The notes beneath the pieces are model-generated. The model was not told where the DNA came from and ran no database searches. It worked only from the letters and a program-made list of their open reading frames with translations. A stretch of 64,000 nucleotides of DNA from Macrostomum lignano (lineage: Eukaryota). Position 1 is the first letter of the stretch; each line of letters opens with the position of its first letter. The position numbers were made by a program, and so were the translations under genes. The stretch lies in NCBI GenBank assembly GCA_002269645.1, contig NIVC01000399.1, positions 218,205-282,204 on the forward strand, given 5' to 3'. Below are positions 35,601-46,540 of the stretch, one piece after another.

Positions 35601-38600
35601 CGACGCGCTGGTGAACGCCGCAGCCGATCCGCTGGCCGCCTACGCTCGGGCCACCGGGCAGCGCGGCGCCGGTGGCCTCTGGTCGCCTCCCAACATTCGA
35701 CTGCTGCCGCTGCTGATCCTGGCGCTGCTCAAGTGGCCCGCATTCCGGCCCAGTGTCGGACAGCTGGACGAAAGAGCGGCTGCTTTGGCCGAGGTAAATT
35801 TTTTGTGGGGGGGGGCTGCGCCCGTAATCTGATTTTTTGTTGCAATCCTACGAATGAAACTTTTGCTGTACTTGAAGTAGCAACTTACCCAAAACCCACT
35901 AGTAACGCTCTCCTTAGCAACCGACCCAGTAGCAACGGTCTCTTAGCAACCAACTTAGTAGCAACTGTCTCTTAGGGGTCTACGACAATTTGACTTCCGA
36001 CAAAATGACTGCGGACAAAATGACTGCGGACAAAATGACTGCGGACAAAATGACTGCGGACAAAATGACTGCGGACAATTTGACTTCTGACAATTTGACT
36101 TCCGACAATTTGACTTCCGACAAAGTGACTGCGGACAATTTGACTTCCGACAATTTGACTTCCGACAAAATGACTGCGGACAAAATGACTGCCGACAATT
36201 TGACTGCCGACAATTTGACTGCCGACAATTTGACTTCCGACAAAATGACTGCCGACAATTTGACTGCCGACAATTTGACTGCCGACAATTTGACTTTCGA
36301 CAATTTGACTTCCGAAAATTTGACTTCCGACAATTTGACTTCCGACAAAATGACTGCGGACAAAATGACTGCCGACAAAATGACTGCGGACAAAATGACT
36401 GCCAAAAATGACTGCGGACAAAATGACTGCGGACAAAATGACTGCCGACAAAATGACTGCGGACAAAATGACTGCCAAAAATGACTGCGGACAAAATGAC
36501 TGCCAAAAATGACTGCGGACAAAATGACTGCCAAAAATGACTGCGGACAAAATGACTGCGGACAAAATGACTGCCAAAAAAACACTCCAGGCTCTGACCG
36601 TATTTATGCAAGGCTAGCAATGCTTTTTACATGAACAAAAATGCAAGCTACATTTGGCTTTCAACAATTCGTGCATGTATATCTACTAATGTTCAAACGG
36701 ATCCTCCACATGAAGCTGTGTTCCATGAATGCTCTTTATATAGCTATAGCCGCGCGCTAGCGTATCATTAACTTTAGCTTTGACTAGGCCTAATAAAGCT
36801 TTTCTGATAGGACGAGTATGTGACATTTTTTAAAAATCTGAAAGAATCAATAAGATTCAAGTATGAGATTAATATGACATGGGAGAAAAAAAACTCTATA
36901 AACAGCATTCATTAAACACAGCTACATGCAAAAGATCAGTTTGAACATTGGTAGCAATCCTGCGCCCCCTTCGGGGCGGCCAACAAGCAAGAGACGAAAA
37001 TTATTAATGTATATCCTATTTGTCTTGACATCTCAGCAATTCCCCGTTGTAAGACTTGACATCTTAGCAATTCCCCAGTAAGCCTCGAAATCGCAGCAAT
37101 TGCCGCCGTAAGCCTTAGCATCCCAAGATGTCAACATTTTTAAATGACGCTTCCTTTATATTTTAGATTACGTTTCTTCTATGTGTTACCTTACGCTGCT
37201 TTTATGTTTGATGAAGTTTCTTTTATGTTTTACTTGACGCCTTTTATGTTTGACATGACTTCGCTTCTCTTTTTTGACATGACGCTTCTAATTTTACTAG
37301 TAGATATACATGCACGAATTGTTGAAAGCCAAATGTAGCTTGCATTTTTGCTCATGTAAAAAGCATTGCTAGCCTTGCATAAATACGGTCAGAGCCTGGA
37401 GTGTTTTTTTGGCAGTCATTTTGTCGCCAGTCATTTTTGGCAGTCATTTTGTCGCCAGTCATTTTTGGCAGTCATTTTGTCGCCAGTCATTTTTGGCAGT
37501 CATTTTGTCGGCAGTCAAACTGCCGCAGTCATTTTGTCCGCAGTCATTTTGTCCGCAGTCATTTTGTCCGCAGTCATTTTGTCCGCAGTCATTTTGTCCG
37601 CAGTCATTTTGTCCGCAGTCATTTTGTCCGCAGTCATTTTGTCCGCAGTCATTTTGTCCGCAGTCATTTTGTCCGCAGTCATTTTGTCCGCAGTCATTTT
37701 GTCCGCAGTCATTTTGTCCGCAGTCATTTTGTCCGCAGTCATTTTGTCCGCAGTCATTTTGTCCGCAGTCATTTTGTCCGCAGTCATTTTGTCCGCAGTC
37801 ATTTTGTCCGCAGTCAAATTGCTCCGCAGTCATTTTGTCGGCAGTTAAATTGCTCCGCAGTCATTTTGTCGGCAGTCAAATTGTCGGCAGTCAAATTGCT
37901 CCGCAGTCATTTTGTCGGCAGTCAAATTGTCGGCAGTTAAATTGCTTCGCAGTCATTTTGTCGGCAGTCAAATTGTCGGCAGTCAAATTGCTCCGCAGTC
38001 ATTTTGTCGGCAGTCAAATTGTCGGCAGTCAAATTGCTCCGCAGTCATTTTGTCGGCAGTCAAATTGCTCCGCAGTCATTTTGTCGGCAGTCAAATTGTC
38101 GGCAGTCAAATTGCTCCGCAGTCATTTTGTCGGCAGTCAAATTGTCGGCAGTCAAATTGCTCCGCAGTCATTTTGTCGGCAGTCAAATTGCTCCGCAGTC
38201 ATTTTGTCGGCAGTCAAATTGCTCCGCAGTCATTTTGTCGGCAGTCAAATTGCCGCAGTCATTTTGTCGGCAGTCAAATTGCCGCAGTCATTTTGTCGGC
38301 AGTCAAATTGTCGGCAGTCAAATTGCTCCGCAGTCATTTTGTCCGCAGTCATTTTGTGGCAGTCAATTGTCGTGGACCCGTCTCTTAGCAACCAAACTAG
38401 TAGTAATGGTCTCTTAGCAACCATCTCTTAGCAACCAACATACTAGCAACCATCTCTTAGCAACCAAACCAGTAGCAACAGTTTCTTAGCAACCAAACCA
38501 GTAGCAACGGTCTCATAGCAACCAAACCTTTAGAAAACAACCATTAGCAGCCATCTCCTTAGGAAACAACCCGTTTGCAACCGTCTCTTAGCAACCAACA

Positions 38601-39102
38601 CATGAAGAACGAATTGCACTCGCCACTCACGTCTCAAATGCATTATTCTCGGCTTCAGTTGCGAACCAGCCCGCTGTGCTCCCTGCTGCAGCAGCTGCTG
38701 CCCTCACTATACGCCTTGCACCTGTGGCCACAGCCAGCGGAAACAGATTCCAAGCAGCCAGCCTCCCAGCCTCCATCATCGCCGCCTCGTCTGCATCCGA
38801 GCGCCAGCCAGATGGAGCCGGGCGGAACCTACCTACTGGATGCTGGGCTAAAGATTTTCTTAGTCTTGCCACCGTCCACCGGCTCGGCTGAAGCTGCTCA
38901 ACTGCTAGCGACGAGGGCGCGCGCTTTTGCCGACCGACTGCGCGCCGATCGACCCGGCCTCGTTCCGGTGGTTAAATTGAAACTGACCTCGTCAGCTGCT
39001 TCGATGGCTGCCCTGACGCCGTATCTGATTGAGGATCGGACAGATTCGAGCATGTCCTATTTGGAATTTCTTCAGTACTTGCAGAAACATGTTCTTGGGT
39101 AA
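29658..39102 (+). CDS. SEC24: COPII coat subunit Sec24 (Sec24A/B-like)
   Basis: Exons 29658-31310, 31827-32302, 33720-34056, 34644-34940, 35530-35793, 38659-39102, GT-AG with consistent phases. Pro-rich N-terminus, zinc finger RCRDCRAYINPF...WRCSLC, trunk LALDVS, AVLRVRCSNG, RRIRVHTLGLP, DARDALVNA, C-terminal IEDRTDSSMSYLEFL. Confidence 0.95.
30170..30720 (+). repeat. Coding minisatellite in Sec24 exon 1 (60-bp and 30-bp units)
   Basis: Encodes PPPMMPSSS(A/T)APG(Y/H)QPVG repeats and (PPGHQPVGPP)n. Confidence 0.9.
31532..31727. mobile_element. Charlie-like MITE, related copy lacking the left end, in Sec24 intron 1
   Basis: Shares gtcctttgaaacttcacaatagc...ccggcccgctcaa and ...ggtaaaaaaagtttgc with 24878-25067. 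Confidence 0.6.
32316..33595. repeat. Composite ~21/44-bp minisatellite (ttgtagattggcttgtgtctc / ttgtagctcgatcattgtgtctc) filling Sec24 intron 2
   Basis: Begins about 14 bp after the donor site. Confidence 0.93.
34098..34635. repeat. ~23-bp minisatellite (gaatcgcccctgaataaccctcc) filling Sec24 intron 3
   Basis: Ends within about 10 bp of the acceptor at 34642-34643. Confidence 0.92.
35005..35490. repeat. ~22-bp minisatellite (aaacagccattcaccaaatcat) filling Sec24 intron 4
   Basis: Read directly. Confidence 0.9.
35976..38379. mobile_element. Foldback/MULE-like element with long repeat-built TIRs, in Sec24 intron 5
   Basis: Termini GGGTCTACGACAATT / AATTGTCGTGGACCC. 9-bp TSD GTCTCTTAG (35967-35975, 38380-38388). 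Arms are 15-bp tandem units (GACAAAATGACTGCG) plus an inner ~115-bp unique inverted segment (~36575-36690 / ~37298-37412). Central ~600-bp spacer has no transposase. Confidence 0.88.
38380..38600. repeat. TAGCAAC-containing minisatellite (tctcttagcaaccaaaccagtagcaacgg), continuing 35900-35975
   Basis: The same array lies on both sides of the foldback element. Confidence 0.8.
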
Positions 39103-39139
39103 TGCGAGACTAATGGGATTCTTTTAGAGACGCGATCGC

Positions 39140-39735
39140 TTGTCACATAGCAACCGGGATTCCCGTTAGCTACAGTAAATCCCAGTCACATAGCAACAGG
39201 GATTCCCCTTAGCTACAGTAAACCCCAGTCACATAGCAACAGGGATTCCCCTTAGCTACAGTAAACCCAGTCACATAGCAACAGGGATTCCCCTTTAGCT
39301 ACAGTAAACCCCAGTCACATAGAATAGCAACAGGGATTCCCTTTAGCTACAGTAAACACCACTAGTCACATAGCAACCGGGATTCCCCTTTAGCTACAGT
39401 AAACCCCAGTCACATAGCAACAGGGATTCCCCTTTAGCTACAGTAAACCCCAGTCACATAGCAACAGGGATTCCCCTTTAGCTACAGTAAATCCTAGTCA
39501 CATAGCAACCGGGATTCCCCTTTAGCTACAGTAAACTCCAGTCACATAGCAACAGGGATTCCCCTTTAGCTACAGTAAATCCCAGTCACATAGAAACTGG
39601 GATTCCCTTTAGCTACAGTAAATCTCAGTCAAACAGCAACCGGGATTCCCCTTAGCTACAGTAAATACCACCAGTCGCATAGCAACAGGGATTTCCCTTT
39701 ATCCATAGTAAATCCCAGTCGCATACAACCAGGAT
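39140..39735. repeat. ~42-bp minisatellite (cagtcacatagcaacagggattcccctttagctacagtaaacc) just 3' of the Sec24 stop
   Basis: About 14 units. Confidence 0.9.
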
Positions 39736-40489
39736 TTCTTAGATTTCAACGCTAAGTAAAACAAGCTATGTAACACAGGTACTCAAAATCGTTGGCCTGA
39801 CAACCTTCAAGATAAAAAACAACTGTTTAAAGTACACTATTCATTATTTGACTCACAAAAAAGTGAAATCCTCCACTTTTAGCATAGCTACTACTACTAA
39901 AGTATCGGTTTTTGCATTTCTCTCACCTGGATAGAAGCTTCCCTAATTCTTTGATTGTATAGTTACAACTTGGTTTTCTCTACGCCTATTTTGATTTTTT
40001 GCTGATGGAGCAAGTTTTTTTTTCCAGAAAAAATATCTTCCATAAATATTAGATAGCGGTGGGTTTGGTAATCACGTTAAACTCTTTCTTATTGCATGCC
40101 AGTCTTAAATTTCATGAATTGCCTAGCTTCTTTCCCAAGCGATTTATTGTACATAAATTCATTACTTATCTAGATAAAGTTGTTAATAGAACTGACAATT
40201 ATCAATATAGTGCAATATTTAGCTTCGTAAGTCTACTTCTAACACGATTAAAGCATAAACTCGGTGTAGGTTTTGGGAATTATTCATTTTTGAGAAGTAA
40301 AATTCCGCTAGCTTTGTCAGCTCTTGAGTTAGTACTCAATTGCCCCGTGGGGGGGAGCTTCGGTATTATAAATCTTCTGCGAATCAAAAAACGACTTGTA
40401 CATGTTTTTCATCGCTTTGTAAAACATTACTGTGATTTGAAGGCCATAATCACACTTAAGCCTTGCTCTGATAGGCAGAAGAGCAACCG

Positions 40490-40739
40490 ACAGTTCAGCC
40501 GCAGCTAATGCGCGGCGCATCTGAAGGCTGCGTACGGCTGTTCAGTCCAAGTACTGGGGGGTCGCCACACACCCTCAATTACCCCAGCTAATGCTGGCAC
40601 CCATTTTACAGCTGGGTGAACTGAAGCAATGCAGAGTTAAGTGTCTTGCTCAAGGACACAAATTGTTCCGAGTGGGTCAAGAATCGAACCCCCGACCTAT
40701 CAGTCGTGAGTCCGCCGCTCTAACCACTAGGCTACATCC
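40490..40739 (-). mobile_element. tRNA-derived CORE-SINE, copy 2
   Basis: Minus strand GGATGTAGCCTAGTGGTTAGAGCGGCGGACTCACGAC...GGTTCGATTC gives A and B boxes, followed by the CORE domain. Confidence 0.85.
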
Positions 40740-41062
40740 TTCCCGCTACAAGCCCTCTACGACCTGCGTGTAGTATGAGTACACGTAGTATGACTAAAAC
40801 GAATGTCTTGCCAAGATTGTGGAAGTTCCACCTTGTTAAAACTGTACGGGACAGTTAAAGTTTATTTTGCACAGGTAAAGCAGGCTTAATTGTATCGCTG
40901 GCCTGTTCGCTACAGAGCTAGCAATGTTCGGTTTTTTACCTCTGTACAGTTTGAGAGCAACTTAGAGTGGAAAGCATAATAAACTGTTTTTAGCACAACA
41001 ATATGAGGCTGCTCAGGCCGTTGCAGCTGAGACTTCTGTAGTAAATCTGTGTTTCCAACAGC

Positions 41063-43128
41063 ATGGTGGCTATTCTGGCTGTTTTTACTCTGCTGCTAGT
41101 CCAGCTGCCCGCAGCAGTGCGGTGCAAGCTGACTCAAAATTCACTAGCCGAACTCCATGGCCTGGAGACGAATATTTCGATTGCCTGGCGGGACAATGAT
41201 CGAGTCATGTTTGAGTCGGGCGTTAACACTGCTCTGTTGGCGGAGATACCCGACGCCATCGTTAGCATCACCTCCAGCGCCACAGAGGCCTTGGTAGAGA
41301 TCTTTGAAAAAGATCCGAAGAAAGCCACCAACCCTAACGTACCTACCGATCCGAGGAAAATATCGAGGCTGAAGCGAATATCGGCTATGAAAATTCTCAC
41401 CCCAATCTTCGCCATTCTCTCTGTGGTGGCCGACGTTCTTAGCATGACTGTATTCGCCGAGAATAACCAATTCGAAGATATATACACCTACTTGCAGGAT
41501 CAGTTTATTAAGGTACAATTTGTATGATAAAGACCCGATTTTTAGAACATAATTTAGTAGTATATTTGACTAGACATCAAAGCCCCCCGCTGGGGAGGCA
41601 AAAATAAGGAATTTCCCTTTCATTCTTAGCATCTGTCGGTAGCAAAAGCCATCGATCGGTCTACACTCCCTTACTTTTTGGCCCACTTAGATAAAGTTTT
41701 ATTAGCTCGTAGATTTCATTCTGCCTTTGAATTTTTATATAATTTGTCCCTGACTTTCAGGTAAACGCCAAGATTGAAGCAAACTTCCACGCAATCAAAG
41801 AGTTGGAGAGTATTGTGCTGTGCGGCCAGGTATCAAAGAATTTAAGGTCGCGACAGACTCTCGTCAAAGCCTTTTACAACAGGTATAAGCAGATGCTGGA
41901 ACGAGCCAAGACTGACCGAGGCGAGGCTATGGCCCTCTTTGACACTGAACTGCGTGAGTTTTTCTTAAGTGTGAAATCAACTGCGCCATTATATCGTACG
42001 AGTATCTTTAGTCACTCGGTTTTTCAGCTCAGTACCAGAGCTCGCTTGTCCTGCTGGAGCTGCAACAGATGCTCATTGACAAGTCTGTGTACGCCCAGCT
42101 GCTCACCTACTGCGCTCGCGGCGACCTGATGCAGTACCTGGCTATGATGGTGGAGCTGCATCACACATTCAAACAGGCGATCATGTTGGACGCAGCAGCC
42201 AAAATTCGCCTGTTCAATTTGACCAAGGATGTTCTGGAGTCCGACAGAGGCTTCTGGAGAAATCAGTCGGCATTGGTAAGATTGCTTAAGTATTTCTATT
42301 GATTCCGTGACTTAGAAGCGAAGTGTACCAATGCATGTTCGCGCAATACTTGATGTATCACTGAACGAGTATCTACATGTATTCCAGGTTGTCGACCTAA
42401 TGACGGAAGTTGGATTAGACTTGGCCATTAGTAGCTGGCACAGTTTCTACGTGAAAGACGTAGACAAGTCGCTGAGCAAGACGGTTTCCTTTTCCGGACA
42501 GCAGGCAGCCAACGACCTGAACTCCGCCTTGGTCACCAAGTACTTTTACGTTCGTACTGCTGTGATCGTAGTGCCGCACGACAGCCAGTCCATCGACGTC
42601 ACGGATGCGTTCGGCCAGGACATGCAAACCGTGAGCGCGGACAGCTTCGTTTGCTACAGGAGACACCGAGCGTTCGGCGAGACGGTCATTGTGCTGTGCC
42701 GCAACGTGTTCGTCTACCCGGACGAGCAGGCGGACCTCGACAGCGCATACGCCACCTACACCAGAGGCGTCCTCTCGCTCAGCCTCGTTGATGCGCTGCG
42801 GAACGACCGCTGGGACGACATTGGTAGCGTGATGAAAACCTACCAGGTGTCGTTCTTCGCCGTGAGAGTTGTTGTGTACCTGAACAGCGGCGAAGTGGCA
42901 ACTGCGCAGTCGAGTGCAGCGTCGGATCTGGCGTTCTTCCAGTCCGAGGGGACCGCCTTTCAGGCCCTGGTCACCGCCAAGCTGGTCGGAGGCTCGCCTT
43001 CTTCTGTCAACAAAGTTGTGCCGCCAGCCAAGGTGTCCCCCTCTTCAGGAGGTGCTGCCCTCTCGTGTCAGTGGTCTGCGATTGCGGCTGCGATCTTGAC
43101 CAGCATCGCGATGAAGAATGCGTGCTGA
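41063..43128 (+). CDS. Uncharacterised secreted, probably GPI-anchored protein, paralogue 1 (543 aa)
   Basis: Exons 41063-41512, 41761-41953, 42028-42275, 42388-43128, GT-AG, phases 0/1/0. Signal-peptide-like start MVAILAVFTLLLVQLPAAVRC; hydrophobic C-terminal tail; NxS/T sites. Confidence 0.88.
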
Positions 43129-44002
43129 TGTTCAGAGTATGAACAAATTCGAGTAGTTATTGAGCAGTATGCGTGAAGATTACAGTTGTATTTCTCCTAC
43201 TGATTCATTTTAGGGTACGGGCTTTATTCGTGTGCATGTATTTTTTTCGGCGGAAACTTTCTGAACAGACTTTCTTAAATTTTATTTTATGTTGTTATTT
43301 TTACGCTACATAGGCTCGTATTTTTAGAGGCTTTAAATTTACGGGGTGGCCATTTTGGTCTTTTTAGTAATGACTACGGCCTAAATACTGAATGTACTCG
43401 TTTAAAAACGTTTACGCTGTTTTTTTTGTTTTTGTCTTTGCAAGGTTTACAAAGATCTCGAAGCATAAGGATTTGGTCACCCCTTGGTAACTCTTAGAAA
43501 GCGACGTGTTGTGCGAAAAAAACATGCCCATAAAGTTGATGAGTGACCATTAGAAGAAGCTACTTCATAAATTTCGATGCAGTAATAGAACCTATTGCCT
43601 CATTAGCATGCCCTTTTATTGTACATTACAGCGCTGTTGGCGCTCGCTTCTTTCCACCGCGTGGAGGATTGAGTTTCAGCAAAGAATCGTGTCTTTTTGT
43701 GTTACCAACGGCCCTCCACCCGATTCTTCCATTTGTTTCGTCTGAGTACCTACAAAAATTTTTTTTTACTCGCACTGTCCTCTAAAGTCTACGGTACGCA
43801 GGTCCAGACCCTTAGGAGTGGAAGTTCCACTTTTTTGTGCACATCAGAGCGTCACAGATTCGACCGAGCTTATTGTTCAATATGAGCTTGACTAGCTTAG
43901 GGCGCTCATCTTTGCAGAAGATTATAAATATGCGAAGTGAAGGTGTTTACAGTCAACGCAGAACCACTGATAAATTTCTATAGTAGAATCGCATGTCCCA
44001 CC

Positions 44003-45873
44003 ATGTCTATAGCGGCTTTCATCCTGTTCCTACTTGTCTCTCGGCTGCCCGCCACCTCGAGTCAGCTGGTTACACCAACCCCGAGCCCTCTGGCCCGCCT
44101 GACAGCCCTGGAGACCAGCATCTCCGTCTCCTGGCGAGACAACGATCGGGTCACCTTCCAGACTGACGTTGACGCCGCCATGACTAAAGAAATACCGCAG
44201 TTGGTGCTTGGCATCACCGCCAGTGTTTTTGCGGCCACCGCCTCCGTACTGTCCTTGTTTCCGCCTTTATTGATCCTGTCCGCCGTGTTCACCATTCTTT
44301 CTGTTGTAGCCGACATCCTTGGCCAGATTTTGTTTCCTGAAGAGGATCAGTTCGCTGAGCTCTACGACTACCTCCAAGAGGAATTTAGCAAGGTATTGCA
44401 TTGCTTTCAGTATTATGATGGTGGCTCCTTGCAATGCACAGTTTACATGCAGCTAAGGGGGTTGCCAAGGTTAACCGAGGTTAAACCAAGCATATAGAAA
44501 CTTTCTCAATCTTCAACTCACAGGTAAATGCCATGATTGAGTCGAACTTCCACGCCATAAAGGAACTGCAGAGCATCGTACTCTGCGGCCAGGAGTCCAG
44601 CGAGCTGAAGTCTCGCCAAAACGTAGTCCGCGCCTTCTTTGCCCGATACACTGAGATGCTTAGGCGAGCCAAGACTGACCGAGGCCAGGCACTAGCTATC
44701 TTTGACACTGAGCTGCGTGAGTATCAAATATTGCGACATCTACCTTTCTTACACCTGTTGAGGCATTGTTGTATTTTTCATTCTATAGCCCAGTACCAGA
44801 GCTCGAGAATCCTGTTGGAGCTGCGGCAGATGCTCACTGAGAAGACTCTGTATTCCAAACTGCTCACCTACTGCGCTCAGGGAGACTACTCTAAGTACCT
44901 GAAGATGATGTTTGAGTTGCACCACACATTCAATCAGGCAATCTTTCTGGACACAGCAGCCAAGCTTCGTCTGTTCAATCTGACCAAAGAGGTCCTGTCG
45001 TCTGACCGGGAATACTGGAGGAATCAGTCGTCTCTAGTAAGATATTCTGGACATGTTATGAAAAGTTGATGTTCTCATTGCTAATCCAAAAATAATCACC
45101 TTAATTATCATTTAGCTAGATGAAACATTCTGCTTCAGGTGGTAAATCTGATGACGGAAGTCGGAAACGAGCTGGTCAGGAACACCTGGCACAGTTTCTA
45201 CGTGAAAGACGTGGACAAGTCGCTGAGCAAGACGGTTTCCTTTTCCGGACAGCAGGCAGCCAACGACCTGAACTCCGCCTTGGTCACCAAGTACTTTTAC
45301 GTTCGTACTGCTGTGATCGTAGTGCCGCACGACAGCCAGTCCATCGACGTCACGGATGCGTTCGGCCAGGACATGCAAACCGTGAGCGCGGACAGCTTCG
45401 TTTGCTACAGGAGACACCGAGCGTTCGGCGAGACGGTCATTGTGCTGTGCCGCAACGTGTTCGTCTACCCGGACGAGCAGGCGGACCTCGACAGCGCATA
45501 CGCCACCTACACCAGAGGCGTCCTCTCGCTCAGCCTCGTTGATGCGCTGCGGAACGACCGCTGGGACGACATTGGTAGCGTGATGAAAACCTACCAGGTG
45601 TCGTTCTTCGCCGTGAGAGTTGTTGTGTACCTGAACAGCGGCGAAGTGGCAACTGCGCAGTCGAGTGCAGCGTCGGATCTGGCGTTCTTCCAGTCCGAGG
45701 GGACCGCCTTTCAGGCCCTGGTCACCGCCAAGCTGGTGCGCGGCTCACCGTCGGCTGTCAACAAAGTTGTGCCGCCAGCCAAAGTGAAGGCCAATGGTGC
45801 AGCCATCGCCGGTCTGTGGCCTGCGGCTCCAGCTTTAACCCTGGCTAGCATCCTGATTATGAAATTCTACTGA
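44003..45873 (+). CDS. Uncharacterised secreted, probably GPI-anchored protein, paralogue 2 (521 aa)
   Basis: Exons 44003-44392, 44524-44716, 44789-45036, 45139-45873. Internal exon sizes (193, 248 bp) identical to paralogues 1 and 3. Confidence 0.88.
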
Positions 45874-46540
45874 ATTCATTAACTTGCATAGTTCGCGACT
45901 CCAAAGTAGCCTACAATATTCTTTTTGATCTAATCTAGGTAGCTAACCCTTGAGAAATAAAGAAATATTCGCCTTCTGTTTTTTTCGCTGCTTTTTTTCT
46001 TTTCGAATTCAAATAATCTCATTATAATAAAAAAGGGTAAAAAGCTTTCTAATAAACGCCGTTATTAACAATTCAGAAATATACTGGTAGCTATATAATT
46101 AAGCTAGCTCGTAAGAGTTGGACGATGCTTTCTAAAACAGCTCGTGCCCTCGTATTTTAATTTTTCCTACATTTAAACAAACTGTAATGCAAACAGCAAA
46201 AGCGAAGTTCTCTTTTTTAATACAACCGCTTTGGTTACGAGTAAACAGCTTGTGTTCGTGGAGAAAGACTAGCAAATTTGCTGTACTTGATGTGCAATGC
46301 GACAGGTAGCCAGGTGCTAAAATATAGAGTGAAGTTCCACTTCTATTGTCATTGACCAACTGCGCTGCACTCTAAGATGTATGAGCGCATACGACAAGCT
46401 AATATAAATAGAGCTGGCAGTGATCTGTTTACGCGGCATGACAACAGCGCCAATAGTTCTAGATTCTGTGGTTCTCAGTTCGACTGCATTACAGACTGCC
46501 ATTCAGTTTTAAGTTAAGCCTTAAAAGATACAATTGGCAA

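Noticed and set aside
35955-38431. Many 120-340 aa repetitive ORFs (QSFCP, VILSA, MTADK)
   Set aside because: By-products of the stop-free 15-bp repeat arms of the foldback element, open in several frames on both strands.
40670-40739. tRNA-Val(CAC)-like gene
   Set aside because: It is the head of a CORE-SINE present twice; the acceptor stem is not complete.
45149-45172. Hammerhead-like CTGATGA...GAAAC motif
   Set aside because: Lies in coding exon 4 of paralogue 2, stem II is very weak, and no convincing stems I and III are present.
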